This document shows, piece by piece, positions 39,881-50,594 of a DNA stretch of 64,000 nucleotides. Numbering within the stretch: the first letter of the stretch is position 1; each line of letters begins with the position of its first letter. Source of the DNA: Myxococcales bacterium (GTDB lineage: Bacteria > Myxococcota_A > UBA9042 > JABWCM01 > BTVJ01); the NCBI GenBank assembly GCA_045863395.1, contig BTVJ01000039.1:1-64000 (forward strand). The letters are read 5' to 3'. The notes beneath the pieces were generated by a model. The model saw only the letters and a list, made by a program, of their open reading frames with translations, made no database searches and was not told the DNA's origin. A program made the translations under genes and the position numbers.

Positions 39881-42508
39881 ATGCTGGCGGTGACCCCACA
39901 CGGCAGGCTGGTGCTGGACGGTGAGGGCGCGGAGGTGCCCGCCGACGGGGCCGTGGCTCGCCGGGTCGCCGACGCCTTTCGGGCCGGTGTGGGGCCGGGG
40001 CTCCTGCACCTCGGGGCCGGCGAGGTGGGCACCCCGCTGCCGCCCGTGCTCGCCTTCTGGCGGGAGCTGGCGCACCTGTTCGTCGCGCGCCTCGCGGCTC
40101 GGGCGGACGACTCCTCGGTGACGGTCGCGCAGCCCGACGAGCTCGCGCGGCTCGCCGAGGGCGCGCCGCCCATGCGGGGCGGCGAGTACGTGGACGGCGC
40201 TCTCCTGGTCGCGCTGTGGGAGGAGCTGGAGCGGGCCGTGGAGGCCGAGCTCGCTGCAAGGGGCGGGTCCGTCGGCGATCTGCTCGCCGCCCGCAACGCG
40301 GCCTGGCAGGGGGTCGGGCGGGTCCACCTGCACCTCGCGCTGAACAAGGGGGACGCCGAGCGCCCGTTCGCCTTCCTGGCCACGGTGGGGACGCGCCTGT
40401 CCGCCGCGGCGACGGTCCAGCACCGCCCGCTGGGGCGGGCCGTCCGGGAGCGCTCGGAGGCCGGTGACCGGGAGGGGCTCCTCGCGCTGCTCGCGCCGGT
40501 CCAGCGAGTGGCGGAGCGGTCGCCGTGGCTGCGCGAGCGCGTCGACAGCGGCGCCCTGTTCCACCCCGCGCGCTGGACGCCCCGCGAGGCCTTCGGGTTC
40601 CTGCGGGAGGCGCCGGTGCTGGAGGAGGGGGGGCTGGTGGTGCGCCTTCCGGGCGACTGGCGGGGGCGGCCTTCTCGGGCGCAGGTCCAGGTCACGGTCG
40701 GGGCCGCGGCGCCATCTGCGGTCGGCATGACGGCGCTCCTGAGCTTCGAGGCGGCCCTGGCGGTGGAGGGGGAGCCGCTGAGCTCTGCTGAGGCCGCCGC
40801 CCTGCTCACGTCGACGGAGGGGCTGGTGCTGCTCCGCGGGCGGTGGGTGGAGGTTGACGCCGAGAAGCTCCAGGCGGTCATGCAGCACTACGAGGCGGTG
40901 CAAGCGCAGGCAGCGCAGAGCGGGCTGCCCTTCGTCGAGGCTCTGCGGCTGCTCGCCGGGGCGGACCTGGGCGGCCCGGTGGTCGTGGCGGAGGCGGCCC
41001 CCGAGTGGTCCCACGTCGTCGCAGGCCCGTGGCTGGCCAGGACGCTGGCGGAGCTGCGCGCGCCGGGGGGCGAGGTCGACCCGGGGGCTGCGCTCCAGGG
41101 CACGCTCCGCCCCTACCAGCGCCAGGGCCTCGCCTGGCTCCACCTGCTGACGCGCCTCGGCCTCGGGGCGTGCCTGGCCGACGACATGGGCCTCGGCAAG
41201 ACCATCCAGGTCATCGCGCTGATGCTGGCCGAGCGTGAGCAGCGGCGTGCCCCCCACCTGCTGGTGGTGCCCGCGTCGCTGATCGCGAACTGGTGCGCCG
41301 AGATCGAGAGGTTTGCGCCGTCGCTGGCGGTCCGGGTGATCCACCCGAGCGAGGGGGTGGTGGAGGAGGGGGTGGTGGACGCGGACGTCGCCATCACGAC
41401 GTACAGCATGGTCCACCGGCTCGGGTGGCTGCGGGAGCGGCAGTGGCACCTGGTGGTGCTCGACGAGGCCCAGGCCATCAAGAACCCGGGGGCCAAGCAG
41501 ACGGCGGCGGTCAAGGGGCTGCGCGGGCTCGGGCGCGTCGCGCTCACCGGGACGCCGGTGGAGAACCGCCTCGGCGACCTGTGGTCGCTGTTCGACTTCA
41601 CGAACCCGGGGCTCCTGGGCTCGGAGCGCGAGTTCACGGCGTTCGCCAAGCGTCTGGCCGGACGGGGTCACGGCGCGTACTCTCCGCTCCGGGACCTGGT
41701 ACGGCCTTACATCCTGCGGCGGCTCAAGACGGATCGGAGCATCATCTCGGATCTGCCCGACAAGGTGGAGGTCAAGGCGTGGTGTGGGCTGTCGCGGCTC
41801 CAGGCGGCGCTCTACCAGAGGGCAGTCGACGATCTCGCAGAGTCCCTGCCGACCCTCGACGGGATGCGGCGCCGGGGGGTGATCTTGTCCATGCTCATGC
41901 GGCTCAAGCAGATCTGCAACCACCCCTCGCAGTGGATGGGGGACGGCGACTGGGCCGAGGACGACAGCGGCAAGCTGTCCCGCCTGCGCGAGCTCGCCGA
42001 GGTGATCCGCGACCGCCAGGAGCGCGTGCTCGTCTTCACGCAGTTCCGCGAGGCGACGGCTCCGCTGGCGCGCTTCCTGGAGGGCGTGTTCGGGCGCCCG
42101 GGCCTCGTGCTCCACGGCGAGACCCCCGTCAAGGCGCGGCGGGGGCTCGTCGACCGGTTCCAGGGCGGGGAGGAGCCCTTCTTCATCCTGTCGCTGAAGG
42201 CCGGAGGGACGGGCCTCAACCTGACGGCCGCGTCCCACGTCGTCCACTTCGACCGCTGGTGGAACCCGGCCGTAGAGAATCAGGCGACGGACCGGGCCTT
42301 CCGCATCGGGCAGGTGAAGAACGTGCTGGTGCAGAAGTTCGTCTGCCGGGGCACGGTCGAGGAGAAGATCGACGCCATGATCGAGGCGAAACGGACGCTC
42401 GCGAGCCAGGTGCTCGAGGGCGGCGCCGAGACGTTGTTGACCGAGCTGGGCGACGAGGAGCTCTTGCGCCTCGTCGCGCTGGACATCCGAACCGCAAGCG
42501 AGGAGTGA
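39881..42508 (+). CDS. SNF2-family (SF2) helicase/ATPase
   Basis: LRPYQ, LADDMGLGKT, DEAQ, LTGTPVEN, RLKQICNHP, SLKAGGTGLNLT, QATDRAFRIGQ. Confidence 0.95.
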   Translation: MLAVTPHGRLVLDGEGAEVPADGAVARRVADAFRAGVGPGLLHLGAGEVGTPLPPVLAFWRELAHLFVARLAARADDSSVTVAQPDELARLAEGAPPMRGGEYVDGALLVALWEELERAVEAELAARGGSVGDLLAARNAAWQGVGRVHLHLALNKGDAERPFAFLATVGTRLSAAATVQHRPLGRAVRERSEAGDREGLLALLAPVQRVAERSPWLRERVDSGALFHPARWTPREAFGFLREAPVLEEGGLVVRLPGDWRGRPSRAQVQVTVGAAAPSAVGMTALLSFEAALAVEGEPLSSAEAAALLTSTEGLVLLRGRWVEVDAEKLQAVMQHYEAVQAQAAQSGLPFVEALRLLAGADLGGPVVVAEAAPEWSHVVAGPWLARTLAELRAPGGEVDPGAALQGTLRPYQRQGLAWLHLLTRLGLGACLADDMGLGKTIQVIALMLAEREQRRAPHLLVVPASLIANWCAEIERFAPSLAVRVIHPSEGVVEEGVVDADVAITTYSMVHRLGWLRERQWHLVVLDEAQAIKNPGAKQTAAVKGLRGLGRVALTGTPVENRLGDLWSLFDFTNPGLLGSEREFTAFAKRLAGRGHGAYSPLRDLVRPYILRRLKTDRSIISDLPDKVEVKAWCGLSRLQAALYQRAVDDLAESLPTLDGMRRRGVILSMLMRLKQICNHPSQWMGDGDWAEDDSGKLSRLRELAEVIRDRQERVLVFTQFREATAPLARFLEGVFGRPGLVLHGETPVKARRGLVDRFQGGEEPFFILSLKAGGTGLNLTAASHVVHFDRWWNPAVENQATDRAFRIGQVKNVLVQKFVCRGTVEEKIDAMIEAKRTLASQVLEGGAETLLTELGDEELLRLVALDIRTASEE

Positions 42509-42511
42509 GGC

Positions 42512-43459
42512 GTGGCAAGGAACACCTATGGATACTGGGCGCCCTACGTGAAGGTGGCGGACCGCCAGCGGCAGGCTGCCCGCGAGGTCCAGCGCCTGAA
42601 GAAGGGGGGGTACGAGGCGGCGCCGGTCGTGATCGGCGGTCGAAACATCGCCCACACCTTCTGGGGCAAGGCGTGGTGCGAGAACCTGGAGGCATACAGC
42701 GACTTCGAGAATCGCCTGCCGCGAGGGCGGACCTACGTCCGGAACGGCTCGGTCATCGACCTGCAGATCCGCGAGGGGGAGGTGACCTCACTGGTCAGCG
42801 GCTCTGAGATCTACAAGGTCAGGGTCTCGGTGCGGCCCCTGTCCCGTGATCGGTATGGGGCGGTCTGCGCCGAGTGCGCTGGCGCCATCGACTCGGTGGT
42901 GGAGCTGCTCGCAGGCCGCCTCTCTCGCGGGGTGATGGAGAGGCTCTGCCGGCAAGGTGCAGGGCTCTTCCCCGAGCCACGGGAGCTCGGCTTCTCGTGC
43001 TCCTGCCCGGACTGGGCCTCCATGTGCAAGCACGTGGCCGCGACGCTGTATGGGGTCGGCGCGCGCCTGGATGACCGCCCTGAGCTCCTGTTCACGCTTC
43101 GCCAGGTGGACCAGGCGGAGCTCGTCACGCGGGTCAGCGGGGCGGCGCTGGTGGGATCGGTGCCCGACGGGGACCTCGGGGGCTTGGAGGACCTCTTCGG
43201 CATCGAGCTGGACGAGCCTCCCCTGGCTGCGGTGCCTCGTGCGGTCGTGGTGGCGCCGCTCCTGACGGCCTCGCCCCCTTCGTCGGACGACCTGATCACC
43301 GCGCAGGACCTTCTGAACGAGGGCATTCCCCGCTCCACCTTCGGGAACTGGGTCACGGCGGGCCACCTGCGCCGCACGGAGTCCCGCGGCGTCTACCTGG
43401 TCACCGAGGCAGGCTGGGAGCGCATCAACCGCTTCGTGGCGTCACTCGGCGGCGCATAG
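42512..43459 (+). CDS. SWIM zinc-finger protein with C-terminal winged-HTH-like domain
   Basis: NRLPRGRTY; CSCPDWASMCKH SWIM motif; 3 bp after the SNF2 stop. Confidence 0.9.
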   Translation: MARNTYGYWAPYVKVADRQRQAAREVQRLKKGGYEAAPVVIGGRNIAHTFWGKAWCENLEAYSDFENRLPRGRTYVRNGSVIDLQIREGEVTSLVSGSEIYKVRVSVRPLSRDRYGAVCAECAGAIDSVVELLAGRLSRGVMERLCRQGAGLFPEPRELGFSCSCPDWASMCKHVAATLYGVGARLDDRPELLFTLRQVDQAELVTRVSGAALVGSVPDGDLGGLEDLFGIELDEPPLAAVPRAVVVAPLLTASPPSSDDLITAQDLLNEGIPRSTFGNWVTAGHLRRTESRGVYLVTEAGWERINRFVASLGGA

Positions 43460-43493
43460 GACGGCCTTCCGCGAGCGCCCGACAGCCCATGGG

Positions 43494-43802
43494 TCACTCA
43501 CGTCCCGGCTCGTCCAGCGCCCTGATGACCTCCAACCCGGCGAGGACGTCGGCTGCGCCCACGTTGCCTCGGACGCCCATGTCCTCGAACCGCTCCAGTG
43601 CCTCCCGGAGCGTGGTGTTCAGCAGCGCGGTCGCCTCGCGCAGCGTGACGTGCCCGCCGGCGTAGAGGTCCGCGACGTAACGCTCAAAGCCCATCGCGGC
43701 CAGCTTGCGGAGCGTCTGGGACTTCTCGATCCTCTCCCGCCTGGACACGAAGTCGACGGCGGTCTCCAGGTCGTCAGAGAGGCGGATGGACCGGACCGTC
43801 AT
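43494..43802 (-). CDS. UPF0175-like antitoxin with N-terminal RHH-like segment
   Basis: SIRLSDDL..EKSQTLRKL; LYAGGHVTLREATALL; 4-bp overlap with the PIN gene. Confidence 0.75.
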   Translation of the reverse strand: MTVRSIRLSDDLETAVDFVSRRERIEKSQTLRKLAAMGFERYVADLYAGGHVTLREATALLNTTLREALERFEDMGVRGNVGAADVLAGLEVIRALDEPGRE

Positions 43803-44269
43803 GGGTTCACCTCCAGCAAAAGGCGCACGGTGCTCGACTGTTCAGCGCTCACGAATGGGCTCAGAGCTGCGAGAGCGCTGATCGCCTGGGTGCGATCCAG
43901 CGTGCTCCGGGCGAAGAGTCGATAGACCAGGAGGCCAGGAACCACGCACGGGATCCGTAGAGCCCGCATACGCCGCAGCAGCCTGGAGTCGTCGCTCGCC
44001 ACCACGTCGTGTCCGCCTGCGCGAAACGTCGCAACGAGGGCTTCATCGCCGCGGGGGTCCTCCGTCGCCCCGTCGACAGTCCGCAGCCGCCCGGCGTCGA
44101 GGTTCTGCTCGATGATCGCCGCATCGGTAAAGCCGCGCGCCTTGCCCTCGTCGACCGCCTCGCGCATCACGGCCATCGGGATGGCGACCACGTCGTTCGT
44201 GCACACCAGCTCCTTCAACCCAGCCTTGGTGAGCTTGATGAGGCAGTCAGCATCCATGAGTATGTGCAT
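43799..44269 (-). CDS. PIN-domain (VapC/DUF3368-like) toxin
   Basis: ILMDAD, VMREA, GDEAL, VASDDSRL acidic PIN residues. Confidence 0.75.
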   Translation of the reverse strand: MHILMDADCLIKLTKAGLKELVCTNDVVAIPMAVMREAVDEGKARGFTDAAIIEQNLDAGRLRTVDGATEDPRGDEALVATFRAGGHDVVASDDSRLLRRMRALRIPCVVPGLLVYRLFARSTLDRTQAISALAALSPFVSAEQSSTVRLLLEVNP

Positions 44270-44304
44270 GTTGCTGATTGTAGGATTTACGCTACGTCGG
44301 TCAA
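44270..44304 (-). promoter_or_regulatory. Sigma70-type promoter, likely leaderless, for the PIN/UPF0175 operon
   Basis: Minus strand TTGACC-N16-TACAAT-N7-ATG; GTAG..CTAC dyad overlapping the spacer. Confidence 0.7.
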
Positions 44305-44375
44305 GCGGCCTCGAGCGGCGGGTGGCGCTCCTGGGCGACCGGGTCTACAATCGGCGCGCACCACGGAGGTACTCG

Positions 44376-47300
44376 ATGAAGTTCCACAGGTCGACAGCGC
44401 TCCTCGTCCTGCTCCTCTCTGCCTGCGGCGCACCGGGCGGTATCGCTCCGACCGCACCGGCCGACGGCGCGCCCGACCGGGCCCCAGACCACACGGAGAC
44501 TGCGATGACCACGCACAGCCCGAGCGGCTCCACGAGCGGCGCCGCCCCGAAGCCGGCCCTGACGCTGACGCTGTCCGAGGGAGTCGCCGGCGCGGAGGGG
44601 CGCGAGCTGGCCCCGGTAGCCGCCGCTGCGGCGCTGAGCGCGTCGGAGACGCAGGCGATCCTGGACCGCCTGCCTCCGCTGAAGGAGGAGGCGCCCCAGG
44701 CGGACTTCGCGCTGCGGCCGGGCTCGCTGCCCGCGCCCCAGACGGGCACCAAGGTGCCGCTGCCGTTTCCTCCTCCGCCGTCGGATGCCAAGGCGCCGGA
44801 CGTCGCGGGCAAGCCGCTGCGGGTCGTGCGCCACGCGCCGGAGGGGCCCGTCGAGCTGGCGCCGCACCTGTCGGTGAGCTTCGACCAGCCCATGGTGGCG
44901 ATCACGTCTCACGACGAGCTGGCGAAGAAGGCGCCACCCGTGACCATCTCGCCTGCCCCCAAGGGCGCCTGGCGGTGGGTGGGCACGAAGACTGTGCTGT
45001 TCGAGCCGGACCCGCGCTTCCCCATGGCGACGGAGTACAAGGTGGAGGTGCCCGCTGGCACCGTGTCCGCCGTCGGGGGGGCTCTGGAGAAGGCGGAGAC
45101 CTGGACCTTTGCGACGCCACCACCCACCCTGCGCACCACCTGGCCGACCGGAGGCCCCCACCGCCGCGACGTGGCGATGTTCATGTCCTTCGACCAGGCG
45201 ATTGACGCCGACGCGATGCTCGCTTCAACGACAGTGACGGCGGATGGCTCGCGGGTGGGGATCCGGCGCCTCAAGGGCGAGGAGCTCGAGAAGGACCCCA
45301 CCCTCCTCGCCTTCAGCATGCAGGAGGCCAACGTGGGGCGGTGGGTGGCGTTCCGCCCCGAGAAGGAGCTGCCCGCCGACGCGCGGGTGGTGGTGACCGT
45401 CGCGAAGGGGGCGCCGTCGGCGGAGGGGCCGCGGCGCACCGAGAAGGACCAGTCCTGGGAGCTGCGGACCTACGGGCCCATGAAGCTCACGGAGAGCCGC
45501 TGCGGGTGGGGAGACTGCCGTCCCTTCACCCCCTGGACGCTGCGCTTCACCAACCCCATCGAGGTGGAGGGCTTCGACGCGGGCCTGGTCACCGTGACCC
45601 CCGAGCTGCCGGGGATCAAGGTCGAGGTGTGGGGAGACAGCCTGAACATCCGGGGTCTCACGAAGGGCCGCACGAAGTACCAGGTGGTGGTGTCGGGCAA
45701 GCTGCGGGACGTGTTCGGACAGACCCTGGGCAAGGACGAGAGGGTCTCCTTCGATGTGGGCGATGCGCCGTCCGCCATGTGGGCGCAAGGCGGCCCGCTG
45801 GTGGTGATCGACCCGCAGGGGAAGCCCGCCTGGAGCTTCTACACCATCAACGTGGACACGGTGGACCTGGAGGTCTACCGGGTGAGCCCGGGCGACTGGG
45901 AGGGCTTCGCGGAGTGGATGCGCGACCACCAGTGGGGGGAAGCTCCCCCTGCGCCGCCTGGGAAGCGGGTGGAGGCGCGCGCAGTCAAGCCCGGTGGTGA
46001 GAAGGACGAGCTGACGGAGACGCGGGTGGATCTGGCGCCGGCTTTGGCCGGCGGGCTCGGCCACGCCATCGTGATCATCAAGCGCATCCAGTACATGCCG
46101 AGCGTGCTGGAGAAGCTGAAGGGGCGCAGGCCCCAGTACCAGCGCATCGTGGCGTGGGTGCAGTCTACGAAGCTCGCGGTGGACGCCCAGGTGGACCACT
46201 CGGAGCTGGTGGGGTGGGTGACGCGCCTCGCCGACGGAGCGCCGGTGGAGGGGGCGACGGTGACGCTGGAGCCGGAAGGGCAGACGGCGACGACGGGCGG
46301 GGACGGCATCGCGCGGATGGCGCTAGGGACCAGCGGGCGCACCCTGGTGGTGACCAAGGGCGACGATGTTGCGTTTCTGCCGCGCAACCTCTCCTTCTGG
46401 GACCGCAGCGACGGGTGGGCGAAGCGCAGCCTCAAGGACGCGCTGCGGTGGTACGTCTTCGACGACCGGGGCATGTACAAGCCGGGCGAGGAGGTGCGCG
46501 TCAAGGGGTGGGTGCGGACGTGGGGAGCGGGCCAGCTCGGCGACATCGGGTCGGCCCGCGACGTGGTCGACAAGGTCGGCTGGCGCCTCCGCGACAGCCG
46601 CAACAACGAGGTCGCCAAGGGGGACGCGGTGGTGGACGCCGCGGGCGGGTTCAGTTTCTCGCTGAAGCTCACGGACACCATGAACCTTGGCCACGCCAGC
46701 CTGGAGCTGGTCGCCGACGGTGGGGGGACCGTGGAGTCGCGCACGTTCGGCCACTCCTTCCAGGTGCAGGAGTTCCGGCGTCCCGAGTTCGAGGTGACGG
46801 CGAAGGCCAGCGAGGGACCGCACTTCGCTGGTGGAGAGGCCACGGCGACGGTGGAGGCGAAGTACTACGCCGGTGGGGGCCTGCCCGACGCGGACGTGAG
46901 CTGGCGGGTGACCTCGCGCCCCGGCTTCTTCACGCCGCCCGGGCGCGGAGACTACACGTTCGGCACCTGGACCCCCTGGTGGGAGAGCGACCCGGGCAGC
47001 GAGGCCGGGGTGGTGGCGAGCTTTGCGGGCAAGACGGACGGCGGCGGCGCGCACACCGTGAAGATCGAGCTGGGTGGTGCGACGATGCGCCCCCAGGTCG
47101 TCACGGCGGAGTCGTCGGTCATGGACGTCAACCGCCAGGCGTGGTCCGCGTCGGCCTCCTTCGTGGCGCACCCGGCGAGCGTGTACGTGGGGCTCCGCAC
47201 GAAGCGCACCTTCGTGCAGCAGGGCGACGACCTGGTGGTGGAGGCCATCGTGGCGGACCTGGACGGGGCGCTGGTGGCGGGGCGCAAGGTCACGATGAAG

Positions 47301-50300
47301 GCCGTGCGCCGCGACTGGACGTGGACCGGGGGCCAGTGGAAGGAGGAGGAGTCCGACCCGCAGGAGTGCGCCATCGAGAGCGCCAACGAGGGGCGGAGCT
47401 GCACCTTCAAGGCGAAGCAGGGCGGCACGGTGCGCATCACGGCCACGGTGAGCGACGGCGAGCGCGCCCACCAGAGCGAGCTGACCGTCTGGGTGGCGGG
47501 CGGAAAGCAGCCGCCCAAGCGGGACCTGGAGCAGGAGAACGTCACGCTCATCCCCGACCGGGAGACCTACGCGGCGGGGGATACGGCCGAGGTGATGGTG
47601 CAGGCCCCCTTCTGGCCGTGCGACGGCCTGGTGGCGACCCTGCGGTCAGGAATCGTCAAGGTGGAGCGCATCCACCTGGACGGCCCCACCACCACCATCC
47701 GCGTGCCCATCGAAGAGAAGCACGTGCCCAACCTGACGGTGGAGGTGCTGCTCGCCGGGGCGGCGGCTCGCCTGGACGCCAGCGGGCAGCCCGATGCATC
47801 GCTGCCGAAGCGCCCGGCCTATGCGCGCGGTAGCATCGGGCTGCGGGTGCCGCCGGTGCAGCGGACCCTCGCGCTGGAGGTGGAGCCCGCGGCGAAGAAG
47901 ATCGAGCCGGGCGCGAAGACCAGCGTGACCGTGGGCATCAAGGACGCGGCGGGCAAGCCGGTGGCAGGGGCCCAGGTGACCCTGGTGGTGGTGGACGAGG
48001 CGGTGTTGGCGCTATCCGGGTACGCGCTTGCCGATCCGGTGGGCAGGTTCTATGGCGGGCGTGGCACGGACACCCAGAGCGGGCGCTCCCGGGCGCACGT
48101 GCTGCTCGCGACCCTCGCGGACCTGGCGGAGCAGGGGGCGAAGAACCTGGAGGAGCAGGCGGAGCGGGAGGAGGCCAGCGCGGAGGCACCCGTGATGCGC
48201 AAGTCCGCCATGGCGCCCATGGCGGCCATGCCCGCGCCCGCTCCGCCCCCCGGTGGCGGCGGTGGCGCGGCTCCTCCGCCCATCAAGGTGCGCACCAACT
48301 TCGACGCGCTGGCCACCTTTGTCCCGGACGCGCTGACGGATGCCGCAGGGCGGGTGGTGGTGCCCGTCAACCTGCCGGACAACCTGACCCGCTACCGGGT
48401 CATGGCGGTGGCGGTGGCGGGGGACAAGCAGTTCGGCAAGGGGGAGAGCGCCATCACGGCGCGGCTCCCGCTCATGGTGCGTCCGTCGCCTCCGCGGTTC
48501 CTGAACTTCGGCGACGTGTTCGAGCTGCCGGTGGTGCTCCAGAACCAGACCGATGGTGCGCTCGACGTCTCGGTGGCGGTTCGCGCGAGCAACGCCTCGC
48601 TGACGGCGGGGCAGGGGCGCAAGGTGACCATCGCCGCCAACGACCGGGTCGAGGTGCGGTTCCCGGCCGCCGCGGTGAAGGCGGGCAGGGCGCGGTTCCA
48701 GTTGGGGGCCGTGACGGGGAGCTTCGCCGACGCCGCCGAGCTGGACCTGCCCGTCTGGACGCCGGCGACGACGGAGGCGTTCGCCACCTACGGCGAGATT
48801 GACCAGGGGGCCATCGCGCAGCCGGTGGCGGCGCCGGGCGACGTCGTGACCCAGTTCGGGGGCCTGGAGATCTCCACCAGCTCGACGGCGGTGGCGGCGC
48901 TGACGGACGCGGTGCTCTACCTCGTGGCCTACCCCTTCGAGTGCGCGGAGCAGCTCTCGTCGCGGGTGCTGGCCGTCGCGGCGCTGCGGGACGTGCTCAG
49001 CGCCTTCAAGGCGGAGGGGCTGCCGCCTCCGGAGGACATCGTCGCCGCCGTCGCGCGCGACGTGGAGCGGCTCGGCAAGATGCAGAACAGCGACGGAGGC
49101 TTCGGCTTCTGGCGGCGGGGCGACGAGAGCTGGCCGTGGGTGTCCATCCACGTGGCCCACGCGCTCGGACGCGCCAAGGCCAAGGGCTTCGACGTTCCGC
49201 AGCAGATGATCGACCGGGCGCTCGGCTATCTACGCGACGTCCGGCGTCACATGCCGTCGTGGTACGGAGTGGAGGCGCGGCAGGCGCTGGAGGCTTACGC
49301 GCTGTATGCGCGCGGTGTGCTCGGCGACCGGGACGCGGGCCGCGCGCGCAAGCTACTCGACGAGATGGGCCTCGACAAGGCGCCGCTCGAGTCGGTGGGC
49401 TTCCTGCTCGGCGTGCTCGACAACAAGGGGGACATCGACCGGGTGGTGCGCCACATGGAGAACCGGGCGACGGAGGAGGCAGGCACGGCCCACTTCGCGA
49501 CGTCCTATGGGGACGGCGCCTACGTGCTGCTCCACTCGGACCGCCGGGCGGACGGCATCCTGCTGGAGGCCCTCATCGGCGCCCGCCCGGACAGCGATCT
49601 CATCCCCAAGGTGGTGCGCGGGCTCATGGCGCACCGCACCAAGGGGCGCTGGGGCAACACCCAGGAGAACGCCTTCGTGCTGCTGGCCCTCGACCGCTAC
49701 TTCAACACCTACGAGAAGGCGACGCCGGACTTCGTGGCGCGGGTCTGGCTCGACGGCCAGCTCGCCGGAGACCACCAGTTCAAAGGACGCACCACGGAGC
49801 AGGCGGAGATCAACATCCCGATGGCGTGGCTGGCGGAGAAGCCGGGTGAGCGCCCCCTGGTGCTCGGCAAGGAGGGCCCGGGGCGGCTCTACTACCGGCT
49901 CGGGATGCGCTACGCCCCGAAGAGCCTGAAGCTCGACCCCTCGGACCACGGCTTCACGGTGGAGCGGTCCTATGAGGGCGTCGACGACCCGAAGGACGTG
50001 GTGCGGGACGGCGACGGCACCTGGCGCGTCAAGGCGGGCGCCAAGGTCCGCGTGCGGCTCACCATGGTGGCGCCGACCCGCCGCTACCACGTGGCGCTGG
50101 TGGACCCCCTGCCGGCGGGCCTGGAGCCCATGAACCCGGCGCTGGCCGTGACGGGGGCGCTCCCGCAGGACCCCGAGGAGCAGAAGGGTCGTGGCGGCTA
50201 CTGGTGGTGGTACCGCACCTGGTACGAGCACCAGAACCTGCGGGATGAGCGCGTCGAGGCGTTCACGACGCTGCTCTGGGAAGGCGTCCACACCTACACC

Positions 50301-50417
50301 TACGTCGCGCGGGCCACGACCCCCGGCACCTTCGTCGTGCCCCCGACCAAGGCGGAGGAGATGTACCACCCGGAGACCTTCGGGCGCGCTGGGAGTGATC
50401 GGCTCGTCGTGCAGTAG
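44376..50417 (+). CDS. Bacterial alpha-2-macroglobulin family lipoprotein with N-terminal Ig-like domains
   Basis: Lipobox LSAC; DRGMYKPGE, VQEFRRPEF, VVDEAVLAL, LPDNLTRYRVMAVA, thioester YPFECAEQ, WGNTQEN, AEEMYHPE; GGAGG RBS. Confidence 0.95.
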   Translation: MKFHRSTALLVLLLSACGAPGGIAPTAPADGAPDRAPDHTETAMTTHSPSGSTSGAAPKPALTLTLSEGVAGAEGRELAPVAAAAALSASETQAILDRLPPLKEEAPQADFALRPGSLPAPQTGTKVPLPFPPPPSDAKAPDVAGKPLRVVRHAPEGPVELAPHLSVSFDQPMVAITSHDELAKKAPPVTISPAPKGAWRWVGTKTVLFEPDPRFPMATEYKVEVPAGTVSAVGGALEKAETWTFATPPPTLRTTWPTGGPHRRDVAMFMSFDQAIDADAMLASTTVTADGSRVGIRRLKGEELEKDPTLLAFSMQEANVGRWVAFRPEKELPADARVVVTVAKGAPSAEGPRRTEKDQSWELRTYGPMKLTESRCGWGDCRPFTPWTLRFTNPIEVEGFDAGLVTVTPELPGIKVEVWGDSLNIRGLTKGRTKYQVVVSGKLRDVFGQTLGKDERVSFDVGDAPSAMWAQGGPLVVIDPQGKPAWSFYTINVDTVDLEVYRVSPGDWEGFAEWMRDHQWGEAPPAPPGKRVEARAVKPGGEKDELTETRVDLAPALAGGLGHAIVIIKRIQYMPSVLEKLKGRRPQYQRIVAWVQSTKLAVDAQVDHSELVGWVTRLADGAPVEGATVTLEPEGQTATTGGDGIARMALGTSGRTLVVTKGDDVAFLPRNLSFWDRSDGWAKRSLKDALRWYVFDDRGMYKPGEEVRVKGWVRTWGAGQLGDIGSARDVVDKVGWRLRDSRNNEVAKGDAVVDAAGGFSFSLKLTDTMNLGHASLELVADGGGTVESRTFGHSFQVQEFRRPEFEVTAKASEGPHFAGGEATATVEAKYYAGGGLPDADVSWRVTSRPGFFTPPGRGDYTFGTWTPWWESDPGSEAGVVASFAGKTDGGGAHTVKIELGGATMRPQVVTAESSVMDVNRQAWSASASFVAHPASVYVGLRTKRTFVQQGDDLVVEAIVADLDGALVAGRKVTMKAVRRDWTWTGGQWKEEESDPQECAIESANEGRSCTFKAKQGGTVRITATVSDGERAHQSELTVWVAGGKQPPKRDLEQENVTLIPDRETYAAGDTAEVMVQAPFWPCDGLVATLRSGIVKVERIHLDGPTTTIRVPIEEKHVPNLTVEVLLAGAAARLDASGQPDASLPKRPAYARGSIGLRVPPVQRTLALEVEPAAKKIEPGAKTSVTVGIKDAAGKPVAGAQVTLVVVDEAVLALSGYALADPVGRFYGGRGTDTQSGRSRAHVLLATLADLAEQGAKNLEEQAEREEASAEAPVMRKSAMAPMAAMPAPAPPPGGGGGAAPPPIKVRTNFDALATFVPDALTDAAGRVVVPVNLPDNLTRYRVMAVAVAGDKQFGKGESAITARLPLMVRPSPPRFLNFGDVFELPVVLQNQTDGALDVSVAVRASNASLTAGQGRKVTIAANDRVEVRFPAAAVKAGRARFQLGAVTGSFADAAELDLPVWTPATTEAFATYGEIDQGAIAQPVAAPGDVVTQFGGLEISTSSTAVAALTDAVLYLVAYPFECAEQLSSRVLAVAALRDVLSAFKAEGLPPPEDIVAAVARDVERLGKMQNSDGGFGFWRRGDESWPWVSIHVAHALGRAKAKGFDVPQQMIDRALGYLRDVRRHMPSWYGVEARQALEAYALYARGVLGDRDAGRARKLLDEMGLDKAPLESVGFLLGVLDNKGDIDRVVRHMENRATEEAGTAHFATSYGDGAYVLLHSDRRADGILLEALIGARPDSDLIPKVVRGLMAHRTKGRWGNTQENAFVLLALDRYFNTYEKATPDFVARVWLDGQLAGDHQFKGRTTEQAEINIPMAWLAEKPGERPLVLGKEGPGRLYYRLGMRYAPKSLKLDPSDHGFTVERSYEGVDDPKDVVRDGDGTWRVKAGAKVRVRLTMVAPTRRYHVALVDPLPAGLEPMNPALAVTGALPQDPEEQKGRGGYWWWYRTWYEHQNLRDERVEAFTTLLWEGVHTYTYVARATTPGTFVVPPTKAEEMYHPETFGRAGSDRLVVQ

Positions 50418-50594
50418 GCGTCAAGGCGGCTCCCCACTCGACTGCCCCCAACGAGGCTCTTGATGAGGTCCATGGAGTACGTCTTGGACGCGGCCGCCGG
50501 CTTCTCCGTCTTCCGCGTCCCCTGAGCCCCTTCCGCGGGCCGTTCCTGGGTGGTCATGACGCGGCCGTCCGCGCCCGCGCCGCAGGGGCCCCGC

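Noticed and set aside
50300..50558. Small minus-strand ORF (MTTQERPAEG...)
   Set aside because: The start looks coding, but it overlaps the A2M 3' end by over 100 bp and has no recognisable motif; possibly a remnant.
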